Source: a virus
Lineage: Duplodnaviria; Caudoviricetes
Virus record (IMG/VR): IMGVR_UViG_3300025018_000091
Strand: one strand, 5' to 3'
Length of the DNA: 64,000 nt
A program made the translations under genes and the position numbers. The notes under the pieces are model-generated. The model was not told the origin of the DNA, searched no databases, and saw only the letters and a program-made list of their open reading frames with translations. Shown here piece after piece: positions 27,746 to 37,263 of this stretch (positions within the stretch are counted from its first letter, which is position 1; each line of letters opens with the position of its first letter).

Positions 27746-28909
27746 TTATTCAAACATCTTTACAAGAAATTTTTGAACATTATACCAAGAATATTTCGAC
27801 AGAGATCGCTCTACCAATTTGATACATAAAGCATCTAACTTTTTCTTATCTGGCTGTTTAGGCAGCGCATCAGTTGTCTTATATAGCTTATTCAACTCTT
27901 TATCTTCTCTTTCGGCAAATTCAATCAGCTGATCATAAGTCCAAGCCCCACGCCTAATATCTAACAATTCTTCCATATCTGGACGTTTTACAATGACTTT
28001 ACCAGTCGTTAAAGTCTCTCGACACATACGAATCAGCCTTACTAGATGATAAGCATGCTTTGTATCATATCCAAACTTTTCTTCAAGAGCAGCACGAGCA
28101 GGGTTACGAGTCTTCTTCCAATTTTGATATTGGTCCCACTCTTTCTTCTTTGTAGAATATTCTCGTTCTTTCTGCATTACTTGAATTAAATTATCAGTTA
28201 ACCCAATCTTACGAGCCGCTGCCGCCCAATGTTGGTCAGATGTGATTTTTAATTCAGCAAGCATCGTCGTCATAGTAGATCTGATTTCAATCTTTGCAGA
28301 CTCATCTAATCCTTCCAAAAAGTCCATCTGGAACCTATCAAGTTCCTTTTGAACCTCAGCATATGCTGCCATCAATTGGTCTTGAGGGATAAGAGTATGT
28401 TCAGGTAAACCAAGCTCTGCCCTTGTTGGGGGTTTGCCTGGAGGATTCATTATCCATTTCTTATGGGTTTTGATCCTTTTCAGCTGAGAAATAGAATAAC
28501 CCATAAAGGTATGCTTAATTCTTTTAGAAAGAAAGTCATCCTTATGAGCTAAGATAGTTTCACCAATTGGATCTACGATACAATGATCAGATGGGTCTGT
28601 ATGAAGAACTTCAATGATGTTGGGGTTACAATCTGCTGCAAGTGTGAAGAACTTTCTTAGATCATAAATGACTGCATCTGGTTCATGAAGCTCTGCTTGT
28701 TCGAATCTATGCTGTGACCCAAGAAAATATTCTTTAGGAGGAATTGCAATTCCCTTAAAATCTTCATCACTCTCAGGAGTGCTAGTTCCATAGGCATGAG
28801 AACCATGACGAACTAATAATACAGTTCTGTCACTAATCCATTTTAAATGTGGACTATTGTTTATAATTTTTGGAATTACAACATCTTTCATTTCAAATAA
28901 TTTTACCAT
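27746..28909 (-). CDS. Pol-beta superfamily nucleotidyltransferase (RlaP-like)
   Basis: HGSHAYGTSTPESDEDFKG, NPNIIE, YDTKHAYHLVRL. Confidence 0.88.
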   Translation of the reverse strand: MVKLFEMKDVVIPKIINNSPHLKWISDRTVLLVRHGSHAYGTSTPESDEDFKGIAIPPKEYFLGSQHRFEQAELHEPDAVIYDLRKFFTLAADCNPNIIEVLHTDPSDHCIVDPIGETILAHKDDFLSKRIKHTFMGYSISQLKRIKTHKKWIMNPPGKPPTRAELGLPEHTLIPQDQLMAAYAEVQKELDRFQMDFLEGLDESAKIEIRSTMTTMLAELKITSDQHWAAAARKIGLTDNLIQVMQKEREYSTKKKEWDQYQNWKKTRNPARAALEEKFGYDTKHAYHLVRLIRMCRETLTTGKVIVKRPDMEELLDIRRGAWTYDQLIEFAEREDKELNKLYKTTDALPKQPDKKKLDALCIKLVERSLSKYSWYNVQKFLVKMFE

Positions 28910-28927
28910 TGATTACCTTACCTTACA

Positions 28928-29188
28928 TTACCAGCTTGGATATTCATCATCATCGGGATAATCATACTCATGAGTATCAGGATATTCATCATCAATAGAT
29001 TCATAGCGAAGCAGTGGTTTAGGTTCCGACTCAACACACCAGCCATAGAGGTCTTGTATTGTTTCAATGATTCCTAAAATAATAAATCCAAAAACACTTA
29101 GTATAAGTAACGGAACAATCCATAATGGAAATGTTATTACAGTTAATACTCGTAGCCACTTAATCTTTTTAATCTTTTTATTCTTCAT
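28928..29188 (-). CDS. Small membrane protein
   Basis: Basic N-terminus, one long hydrophobic span, acidic tail. Confidence 0.6.
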   Translation of the reverse strand: MKNKKIKKIKWLRVLTVITFPLWIVPLLILSVFGFIILGIIETIQDLYGWCVESEPKPLLRYESIDDEYPDTHEYDYPDDDEYPSW

Positions 29189-29387
29189 AACATTCCTGAG
29201 CCTGCACAGCATCTGGTGCATCTATAACTGGACATGGAAAGTTACTCCACATTCTTAATTCAAAAAAAGCTGCTTTCAGTGCAGTCTTTGCATCTGCATC
29301 TTTTTCTTCATCCATTAAATTTAGGATTTTTAATAAAACATTGCTCTGAGTTTCAAACTCTAATTCATTCCATGATTTCATAATCAT
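29178..29387 (-). CDS. Hypothetical protein
   Basis: Co-oriented short ORF. Confidence 0.5.
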   Translation of the reverse strand: MIMKSWNELEFETQSNVLLKILNLMDEEKDADAKTALKAAFFELRMWSNFPCPVIDAPDAVQAQECYEE

Positions 29388-29389
29388 CC

Positions 29390-30433
29390 TTATACGAAAA
29401 CAGCTAGTTTTCTTAAATTTGGAAATGCTGCAATTATATGCTTAATGTCAACCATCTTATTATTAGATGATAAATAAGCTAATATTTTTTTAGGAGATAT
29501 CTCTGGAAAAGTGTTTAATAATCTAATTATACGATCTACATTAGCTCTTTTATGAGCAGTTTTTCTTGCGTATAGCTTGTTAGCATAAATAACTGCTATG
29601 TCATCAGCAATAGTTGGGTCTAAAGATATAAGATTTTTTATATTTCTTAAGTGATATTCTTCTAAAATTGAATAATCACAGTTGTTTAATAGGTCTAGTA
29701 GATTTGATCTGTGTGCTTCTGTATATTCTTTTTTTAAAGCACCCAATATAGAAGAGTCATTTATCATAGAGAAGAGAGCTAAGATATTCTTAGTGCTACG
29801 TGCTCTTTCAGAAATAATTTCAATAGCCAACTGTATTAGTGGTGATTTATCAAATTTAACGTTTTGTTTCTCTAAAGCAACTAATATATCAAAATTTCTT
29901 GCAGAATGAGTTATCTTGTGCGATATAGTCGCAGCATACTCATCCATACTAACAAAAACCGTTGGTATAAATGAATTTACAATTTTTATTAGTTTATCTG
30001 TCCGAACGTGAGATGGCATCTCTGTCAAATAATTTTTGACAGATAATAAACTTTCTTTACGCTCATACTTAATATTACATAAACATACAAACTGTATATA
30101 CTCTAAATCATATTTAATATGAATATCACGCTTATTTCTTACAAGCGAAAACATTCTTTGTTCAAGATATCTTTCAATTCCTTTTGAAATTGGTTTATCA
30201 TTCAAAGATAATAAGAACGTTAAACGACTATGCCAGAATGATTGATTGTCTTCCCAATAAATATCGCAGGCTTTTCTAAAACGATCTTGTAAGTAACTTG
30301 AGTGTAGAGTATAATCTAAATATAAATAATCCTCAAAATTATCTAAATCTAAATCCATTTTGTCAGAAAACATCAACAGATCAACTAAGTGTCTGAATTT
30401 GGTATGTATTTTATCTAACTGAACAGATGTCAT
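29390..30433 (-). CDS. Hypothetical protein
   Basis: 347-aa co-oriented ORF. Confidence 0.65.
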   Translation of the reverse strand: MTSVQLDKIHTKFRHLVDLLMFSDKMDLDLDNFEDYLYLDYTLHSSYLQDRFRKACDIYWEDNQSFWHSRLTFLLSLNDKPISKGIERYLEQRMFSLVRNKRDIHIKYDLEYIQFVCLCNIKYERKESLLSVKNYLTEMPSHVRTDKLIKIVNSFIPTVFVSMDEYAATISHKITHSARNFDILVALEKQNVKFDKSPLIQLAIEIISERARSTKNILALFSMINDSSILGALKKEYTEAHRSNLLDLLNNCDYSILEEYHLRNIKNLISLDPTIADDIAVIYANKLYARKTAHKRANVDRIIRLLNTFPEISPKKILAYLSSNNKMVDIKHIIAAFPNLRKLAVFV

Positions 30434-30450
30434 AATGATATATCAAGATA

Positions 30451-31602
30451 TCACCACCCAAGAATATCCTCATCATCTACACCTGTAGAAATATATGTAA
30501 CGGGACATCCAGAAAAATTACTAATATAATCTAAGAATGGAGCGGTTTCATCAGGATTCTTAGAGTTCTTCCAACCTGGCAACTTAATTAATTGAGTTTT
30601 CGCATCAAAAAAGTCTGCTGGACATACAGGCATTTTATCATAAGCAGTACAAAGTGTTACATGATCTAAACCATCTAAAATATCTAATTTAGTTATAATT
30701 AGGTTATCAATGCCACCTTTGTTACAAGCATACTTAATTGCAGGCAAATCAAACCAACCTATACGGCGAGGTCTTCCAGTCGTCGCACCATACTCATTAC
30801 CAATCTTTCTAAGATTTTCAGCCCCTTCTCCATGCAATTCAGTGGGGAATGGTCCTTCTCCAACCTTAGTTAGATAACACTTGGCAACTCCATATACCAC
30901 ATCTAATTTCACAAAATTAAAACCACTTGCTCCAATGCCGGAGACAGTTGAGTCTCCACAACTTACAAAAGGGTATGTCCCATGATTAAGATCAAGCATT
31001 ACTCCTTGTGCGCCTTCAAACAATAAATTACTATTATTGAACTCTCTTTTAAGTTCTAAGACATGTTTAAATTGAACGCCAATCTCTTGAAGCTTAACTG
31101 CCCATTTATCTTTTGCTTTTAATAAATCTTTTATTCGAGTGCCACTACGAGCAACCTTGTCTTTATAAGCTGGACCAATACCACGTTTAGTAGACCCAAT
31201 GTGACCATTGGTAGCGGCATCTTCTTTTTTGTGTTTTGGTAAAACGGCAAAAGCATCGGGGTCTACATAAACTCTACAAGCAATTTCTCCAAGAGAAGAA
31301 CCCCAAGTAAGAGCACGACTCTCTTCAACACTCATTACTTCTGTAAATAACTGCTCTAGATCAATAACCATCCCTTGTCCTAAGAAACATTTTTTATTAG
31401 GATCTCTCCAATCGAAGGATGGTAATAGATTATGAACGTATTTTGTTCTAAATCCCTTAACAGTTGAACGATAAATGGTGTGCCCAGCATTGGCGCCGCC
31501 GCCAAATCGAATAACCCAATCATAATATTTAGAAAATGAATGGGTAATATGCCCTTTACCCTCATCCCCAAACGCTGCCCCCAGTATGGCTATATTACCC
31601 AT
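30451..31602 (-). CDS. purA: Adenylosuccinate synthetase
   Basis: GDEGKG, GGANAGHT, IGSTKRGIGPAY, FEGAQG, GATTGRPRR, TKLD. Confidence 0.96.
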   Translation of the reverse strand: MGNIAILGAAFGDEGKGHITHSFSKYYDWVIRFGGGANAGHTIYRSTVKGFRTKYVHNLLPSFDWRDPNKKCFLGQGMVIDLEQLFTEVMSVEESRALTWGSSLGEIACRVYVDPDAFAVLPKHKKEDAATNGHIGSTKRGIGPAYKDKVARSGTRIKDLLKAKDKWAVKLQEIGVQFKHVLELKREFNNSNLLFEGAQGVMLDLNHGTYPFVSCGDSTVSGIGASGFNFVKLDVVYGVAKCYLTKVGEGPFPTELHGEGAENLRKIGNEYGATTGRPRRIGWFDLPAIKYACNKGGIDNLIITKLDILDGLDHVTLCTAYDKMPVCPADFFDAKTQLIKLPGWKNSKNPDETAPFLDYISNFSGCPVTYISTGVDDEDILGW

Positions 31603-31646
31603 TTCATATAACTCCTATTAATAACATGATATCGTGACAATGAATA

Positions 31647-32609
31647 TTATTTTAATTCATCTGCATAAGGGTACTCATCTTCCTCAAGTTCTTCTTCCAT
31701 ACATTCTTGATTACAATCGAAATCATCACAGTATGGGCAGCGATCATCTTCATCATAACACTGATCACAGTCACAGTCACAAGTGTCACAATCACAGTCG
31801 CAGTCGTCACAATCACAATCGCAAGGTTCAAACACACGATAATCATCAACTGTACTGCGTGTATGAGTTACGCGAAGGGGAGAGTCAGAGTTTTCTTGGT
31901 CAACAACGCCCAAGACAACATACTTACAAACCCTCATTTTGGCTTGATTATAGTCAACAGGAACTGCAACTACATCAGCAGGATTGACTTCAACTTCCAA
32001 CATCTTGGAATTTTCTCCAGCCGAATAGTGGTTATGAGCATAATCCCAGTTAGCTACATGCAAACCATAACTGCATGTTTGGGTAGGATCTTCATTGACT
32101 TTATTACGAGGCATTTCAACAGTCTTGCCAACGGAATTGTCAATTGTTCCTGTGTATTGGTCCAAAAAATCACCACGAACCTTCTTATAAGCGATAAAAC
32201 AACCATTATCAGTGATAGGATGATCGTTCTTCTCCAAGAATTCAAACAATTCATTGACTGCACGGAACGAAGGGTTCTTCTGAAGATTCTCAGCAAACTT
32301 CACCAAAGGTTCATAGGGCAAGCCTTCATTGGAGAATCGTACAATCTTATCACCAAGAACCTTGGGAGCTAAAACTTCTTTGACAAAGATTTGACCGTTA
32401 TCAACAACAAAGTTCCCCTTACCAAAAGCCTCAATTCTCTTGGCGGCTGAAACTAGATTTGGAATCTCTTCCAAATTCTTTTCCTTTACAGCCTTAATAA
32501 GATGGTCTGCAAGCGCATCTGTTCTGGAAACAATATGCGTTTGTCCATCATAATTTACGGTAATATTCTGATCTGTAATCAACCAACTAACTCTTGTGCT
32601 CATGTTCAT
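31647..32609 (-). CDS. rIIB: rIIB-like protein with Cys/Asp-rich C-terminal tail
   Basis: AYKKVR, DNSVG, VEMPR, CSYGLHV, VVAVP, RVCKY; directly downstream of rIIA-like gene. Confidence 0.9.
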   Translation of the reverse strand: MNMSTRVSWLITDQNITVNYDGQTHIVSRTDALADHLIKAVKEKNLEEIPNLVSAAKRIEAFGKGNFVVDNGQIFVKEVLAPKVLGDKIVRFSNEGLPYEPLVKFAENLQKNPSFRAVNELFEFLEKNDHPITDNGCFIAYKKVRGDFLDQYTGTIDNSVGKTVEMPRNKVNEDPTQTCSYGLHVANWDYAHNHYSAGENSKMLEVEVNPADVVAVPVDYNQAKMRVCKYVVLGVVDQENSDSPLRVTHTRSTVDDYRVFEPCDCDCDDCDCDCDTCDCDCDQCYDEDDRCPYCDDFDCNQECMEEELEEDEYPYADELK

Positions 32610-32617
32610 TCTCCTGT

Positions 32618-34717
32618 TTAGTCTGCATCTACGTAATTAATATACTTTGACAAATCACCAACCAAATCATTATATTGGTAGGTATTTAAATGTTTAATTA
32701 GGGGATATTTATTGTTATATTTAACATCCATAGCTCCTATATCATACTCTGGATTATTCTTAACCAGATCTTCAAGATCCTTACTTGTAATATCTCCATT
32801 AATTGACTCAAAAATATCTAGCAAACCATAATCTGTTTGAGCTAGTTTTTTGATCTTTTCATGCAAATCCAATCTTTTAAGAAACAAACTATCAGGATCT
32901 GAGATTAATTTCTTAAATTTGTTAGCGTTCCTTAATTGTCGGTTATCAACTATATATTGATTGTTTCTCGCGAAGTGAATCTCGACAAAATTAATTGTAG
33001 TGTTTGCAATAACTTTTGTCTTAAGAAAATCTTCAAGGTTTACAAAGTTTGCAAAATCCGCATCAATCCTATCTTGAGGCGCAGAAGCATCCAATCCATA
33101 AAAAGAAACGCCTGGAAATGTTTTCATAAGAGTTTTAAATGCGGAACCATTAAGACTCTTACCATTCTTAAGAATTGCCCACCTATTACCCGCATAAGAA
33201 TATGACTCCTTCGATATCTGACAAAGAACCTTTATATTCTGATCATCATCGATAGACGAAAAACTAACTTGCCTAAAATTATAGTTACTAGGCTCTACCT
33301 TGAAAACAAGCAATCTTGATGTTGATGCTGTATATTTTCGTGACGAAGCCTTTGTAATCTCCGACAAAAGCCTAGGCTTCATTGAGGCTAAATTATGCTT
33401 TACATTTAGTATATCCTCAGTTACTTTATCATTCGGACAAATTACTTGAACGTTCTTTAAGTTAGGATTGTCTTCGAAAGCCTTTTTTACATGGCGACCA
33501 GTAGGCTCCTTAATAGTTAGATCATTAATGAAAAGCTCAGAATTCTCTTCAAAATGAAGAGATTTATTACTTCCCTGCCTACTAATCTTATTAGGGTCTG
33601 TTCCATACTTTCTAGAATACTTGCCCTTAGTAAAATAGAATACCGGGCAATCAATTGTTAATACCGAGTGATCTACTAATGGAATTCCGCGCCAATACAG
33701 TTTACCCAAGAACCCAATGTTCGAAAAAGCACTAGTTAATTCTTGGCGATAATATACATTAGCTAGCCACAAATTATCAAAAGATTCAATTTTAGAAACA
33801 ACTCTAGACTTAACTTCTGCTGCCATACTATCAAGTCTATCTTTGATCTTATCTTGTGTCTTTTTGTCTAGATACACCTGTTCGCGACTCGCTGACAAAC
33901 TAAGTTCACCAACATCGAAATATAAATAAACATTTCCTCGTGCAGAATCAATCATCTTGCTATCAGCATATGTTCTTAAAGCTGAAAGCTCAAGTGGATA
34001 TTCAATACCATCAATGATTAATTTGATCTCTCTATGCCAACTATTAGATACGGTACCAATAGACCATTTATCGCCTTCAATCACTGTAGTGGTCTCAACA
34101 TAATTAATGTTACCACCCTTAATAATTGGCTTCACGTCCCAATAACGAGTTGATTGTTCTGTCCACTGAATAAAATGTTTTGTGTCTACGAGTTTAACAG
34201 GAATGATAATTTCCGTTCCATTAGGTGCTGTAGTGGTCGAAGAAGAGAATAATGCTAACTTTCCAACCTTAGTTTCATCAATGAAACATGCATAATTATA
34301 TTGCATACCATTAACATTAGTGACGATTGTAAATGTGTCAGAATAGGAGAAAGGAGTCTTTGCTCCCAATCCAAACCCACCTGTTTGTAAATTGTCTTCT
34401 CTTTTTGTACTGGCGGTGTATTGAATAAAAATGTTAGACATACGGTCAGGACTGATGCCTGGACCAAAATCTTTAATCTTATAGAATGGTTCTAGTGAAT
34501 TTGGAAGATGAATCTCAATTGGAACTTCGGGTGTTCCAACTTCACGATGAGCATCTCTTGCATTACATGAAATCTCCCTGCAAATAGCAAGAATTGGATT
34601 TGAATACATTTTGTTACGCAAGATATCAAAGATCATACCTTGGTCTTTGATCGAGAAAAACTGTTCTTCAAGCTCGCCAGATGTCTCAATAGTCGGTCTA
34701 TCTTCATTCAATCGCAT
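32618..34717 (-). CDS. rIIA: rIIA-like protein (GHKL/Hsp90-like ATPase N-terminus)
   Basis: MYSN..LAICREISCNARDAH, DFGPGI, STKR, GGFGLGAK. Confidence 0.9.
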   Translation of the reverse strand: MRLNEDRPTIETSGELEEQFFSIKDQGMIFDILRNKMYSNPILAICREISCNARDAHREVGTPEVPIEIHLPNSLEPFYKIKDFGPGISPDRMSNIFIQYTASTKREDNLQTGGFGLGAKTPFSYSDTFTIVTNVNGMQYNYACFIDETKVGKLALFSSSTTTAPNGTEIIIPVKLVDTKHFIQWTEQSTRYWDVKPIIKGGNINYVETTTVIEGDKWSIGTVSNSWHREIKLIIDGIEYPLELSALRTYADSKMIDSARGNVYLYFDVGELSLSASREQVYLDKKTQDKIKDRLDSMAAEVKSRVVSKIESFDNLWLANVYYRQELTSAFSNIGFLGKLYWRGIPLVDHSVLTIDCPVFYFTKGKYSRKYGTDPNKISRQGSNKSLHFEENSELFINDLTIKEPTGRHVKKAFEDNPNLKNVQVICPNDKVTEDILNVKHNLASMKPRLLSEITKASSRKYTASTSRLLVFKVEPSNYNFRQVSFSSIDDDQNIKVLCQISKESYSYAGNRWAILKNGKSLNGSAFKTLMKTFPGVSFYGLDASAPQDRIDADFANFVNLEDFLKTKVIANTTINFVEIHFARNNQYIVDNRQLRNANKFKKLISDPDSLFLKRLDLHEKIKKLAQTDYGLLDIFESINGDITSKDLEDLVKNNPEYDIGAMDVKYNNKYPLIKHLNTYQYNDLVGDLSKYINYVDAD

Positions 34718-34783
34718 GTCTATCTCCTAGACTAAATTGTTCCAATAATTATGGACGACTCACTGCCGCCCGCTTTCTCTGAC

Positions 34784-34811
34784 AATATGCTTCCTTAAAA
34801 ATTAGAGTCAA
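34784..34811 (-). promoter_or_regulatory. Promoter TTGACT-N16-CATATT upstream of rIIA
   Basis: Intergenic, conserved spacing. Confidence 0.65.
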
Positions 34812-34841
34812 CTCGCGCTCATTTTTTAAAATTGAAACCGA

Positions 34842-35324
34842 TTAATTTATCGCCATCCAAACCAAGGGAATCAAAAAGATTATATGAATGATTTGATCGA
34901 CGGTAATCATGATGATTTTGCCTAATGGAGTCTTAGAAAATTCAAAAAAACCTTCTTTATCATCCCTTGGGTATCCAATTATATTTCCTTCAGAAAGTAC
35001 TTGATATTTATAAAGTTCAAACATTTCTGGCGGCTTGCGAACATACTTAGCCCAAAGATAGACTGGAATATATGTATCCTCAATGAAATGAGAAAAGAAT
35101 AAAATTAGCAATCCTGCATAAAATTCAAAAAAATTAAGCTGCATTAGCAACATAATTGGAATAAATCCGGCAGTATAAATTAAACAATGCCTTGCTCTTA
35201 TTAATGGAGAATTGTTCTTCTCCATTGCTTCTTTATGAGTTTGAAATAACCAATCTACAACAAAATGTACAAATGTTAATAGAAAAAGAAGCCCGCCTGC
35301 ATTAGCTAATGTTTGAATTATCAT
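34842..35324 (-). CDS. Membrane protein (DUF3307-like)
   Basis: HFVVDWLFQ, HCLIY, HFIED, DQIIH. Confidence 0.75.
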   Translation of the reverse strand: MIIQTLANAGGLLFLLTFVHFVVDWLFQTHKEAMEKNNSPLIRARHCLIYTAGFIPIMLLMQLNFFEFYAGLLILFFSHFIEDTYIPVYLWAKYVRKPPEMFELYKYQVLSEGNIIGYPRDDKEGFFEFSKTPLGKIIMITVDQIIHIIFLIPLVWMAIN

Positions 35325-35617
35325 TTCTTATTCTTTTCGAAATAAAGCTTTTCTGCCTGCTCATAAGTAAGATTTAGATGTTCTAACAAAAAATTAAGTA
35401 GAGCATATTGAGAACAATGTTCTACTCTGCAAATACAACAGCTTATACATTGTTCATACTGAAAATCTGGGTCATCACCCTCGGGAATCCACGTAAATTC
35501 GGGATCAGCACATGTTTTACTACAAAATTGAGCACCGCACTCACAATAGATAGTATAATCACTATCATCTCTAAAACCAGTGCGGCACTTATGACATTGA
35601 TAATAATCAACACCCAT
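35321..35617 (-). CDS. Cys-rich hypothetical protein
   Basis: Several CxxC pairs. Confidence 0.6.
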   Translation of the reverse strand: MGVDYYQCHKCRTGFRDDSDYTIYCECGAQFCSKTCADPEFTWIPEGDDPDFQYEQCISCCICRVEHCSQYALLNFLLEHLNLTYEQAEKLYFEKNKK

Positions 35618-35619
35618 AA

Positions 35620-37227
35620 TTATGCCCTTAAGTCAAACACTCTACCGAATGGCGGTGTAAATGCACTTCCACTTGTAATCAGCCAGATAACATCTTTACC
35701 AGGATTTTTCATCTCTACGATATCAGAATCCAATAAAAATCCATCTGTAATTACAATTAGAAAGTCACAATGACCAAGATTTTGTTCATAATTTTCAAAG
35801 AAATCGGCAAATTTGGTTCCACCTCTGCCATATACTTTTACTTTCATAAGTTCTTCTTGATCAGCCTTTTTGATCTTAACAGCCTTGTCCCAATAGATTT
35901 CTGCATCGGCTGGAACGATTGTTCCTTCCGCACGCTCATCTAAAGCGCATAGCTGAGATAAACCGAATGCCATATCGTCCTTACCCATAGAACCACTAGT
36001 ATCAAGTAAACAACCAAAATGAGCATAATAGTTCCTTCTTTTAGGAACAAGCAACCCTACAAACATAGGACGAGTTCTAAATCTAGTCCAATCATTACGA
36101 CCATTTCCTGCTCTAGCTTTTATTAAACGAGTACGAATAATATCTTGCCAAGTAACTTTAGGTGCAGTCAATTTGCCTAACTCATCTTCTAGCGCAGCAG
36201 GAACATGCCCTGCCATTTTCTTTGCAGCTTCCATAGCATCAGAGATTCTCTTAGCTAATTTCTCTTCAGATTCTTCTGTATCCATGTGGTCATCTAAAGT
36301 TCCACCGAATCCAAAGATATCAAAACCACCGCCACATTCTGGGCAACTCCCTCCTCCACAGCTTGGACATTGGTCATCATCACCTTGATCGTCACCATTA
36401 CTGGGATTATTTCCCTTTCCCTTTTCCTTACCTTTCCCATCACCTTTGCCTTTATCTTTACCTTTTTGACCAGATTTAGGGAACTTATACATACCAACAC
36501 TGCCGCATTTAGGACACTTAGGTAGTAAGTTATATAGCATATCGTAAATCTTTTCGGGGCGTTTCATTTCCTCTTCTAGATCCGGATCAGCATAATAAAA
36601 CTTAACTGACTTCTCCCTGCGTTCTAATTCTTTTTGTTCTTGAGGAGTTAGTTCTCTATCTTCATTCGGCTTAGGAAGGCTAATATGTGGGTCTTGGTCA
36701 AATCCTGGGTGTAAATCTTCAAATCCTTTTGGTGGATGGAATGGATCTTTAAGCAACTTGGCATATGCTTTTAGCGGCATATATCTTCCCACTTCCTTAG
36801 TGAAGACGTCATGGGGATTATGTTTTCTTGCTTTTAAGTCTTCCATACAAGTACCGTTAACAATATAGTCGACGGCGATGTTCCATAGCTTAGGTATACG
36901 AGAACCTCTGCGTTGAGGGTGCATATAAATTGCGTGCCATGCTTCATGGCTACAGATAATACGCAATCCCTTTCGACTTGTTTTTAAAACGAATTTTGGA
37001 TTCCAATAATACCTTTTGCCATCAGTTGCGGCGGTAGGCATATTAAGAGTACAGATGTGATCTATTGGATACATTAAACCAAAAATCAGCGGGTCTCCAC
37101 CTAAACCTGTACCAACGTGTTCGTTGTTATATCTTGTACCTAATTCTAAAAAGACCTGTGATAATTTTTCTTCAGCTTTGGCGACTAACTTATCATCAAC
37201 CTTACCAATGATTCTAGAAAATTTCAT
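35620..37227 (-). CDS. HEXXH metallopeptidase-like plus VWA domain protein
   Basis: TAATDG, HEAWH, WNIAVD; LDTSGSM, GRGGT, VITDG. Confidence 0.9.
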   Translation of the reverse strand: MKFSRIIGKVDDKLVAKAEEKLSQVFLELGTRYNNEHVGTGLGGDPLIFGLMYPIDHICTLNMPTAATDGKRYYWNPKFVLKTSRKGLRIICSHEAWHAIYMHPQRRGSRIPKLWNIAVDYIVNGTCMEDLKARKHNPHDVFTKEVGRYMPLKAYAKLLKDPFHPPKGFEDLHPGFDQDPHISLPKPNEDRELTPQEQKELERREKSVKFYYADPDLEEEMKRPEKIYDMLYNLLPKCPKCGSVGMYKFPKSGQKGKDKGKGDGKGKEKGKGNNPSNGDDQGDDDQCPSCGGGSCPECGGGFDIFGFGGTLDDHMDTEESEEKLAKRISDAMEAAKKMAGHVPAALEDELGKLTAPKVTWQDIIRTRLIKARAGNGRNDWTRFRTRPMFVGLLVPKRRNYYAHFGCLLDTSGSMGKDDMAFGLSQLCALDERAEGTIVPADAEIYWDKAVKIKKADQEELMKVKVYGRGGTKFADFFENYEQNLGHCDFLIVITDGFLLDSDIVEMKNPGKDVIWLITSGSAFTPPFGRVFDLRA

Positions 37228-37263
37228 ATGAACTCCAATTCATTATATATCTTAAGGTTGCTA

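Noticed and set aside
30451-31602. PurZ / Z-genome pathway
   Set aside because: GDEGKG (Asp) and GRPRR are PurA-type; PurZ has Ser/Thr at the first site. No datZ or mazZ is evident in the window.
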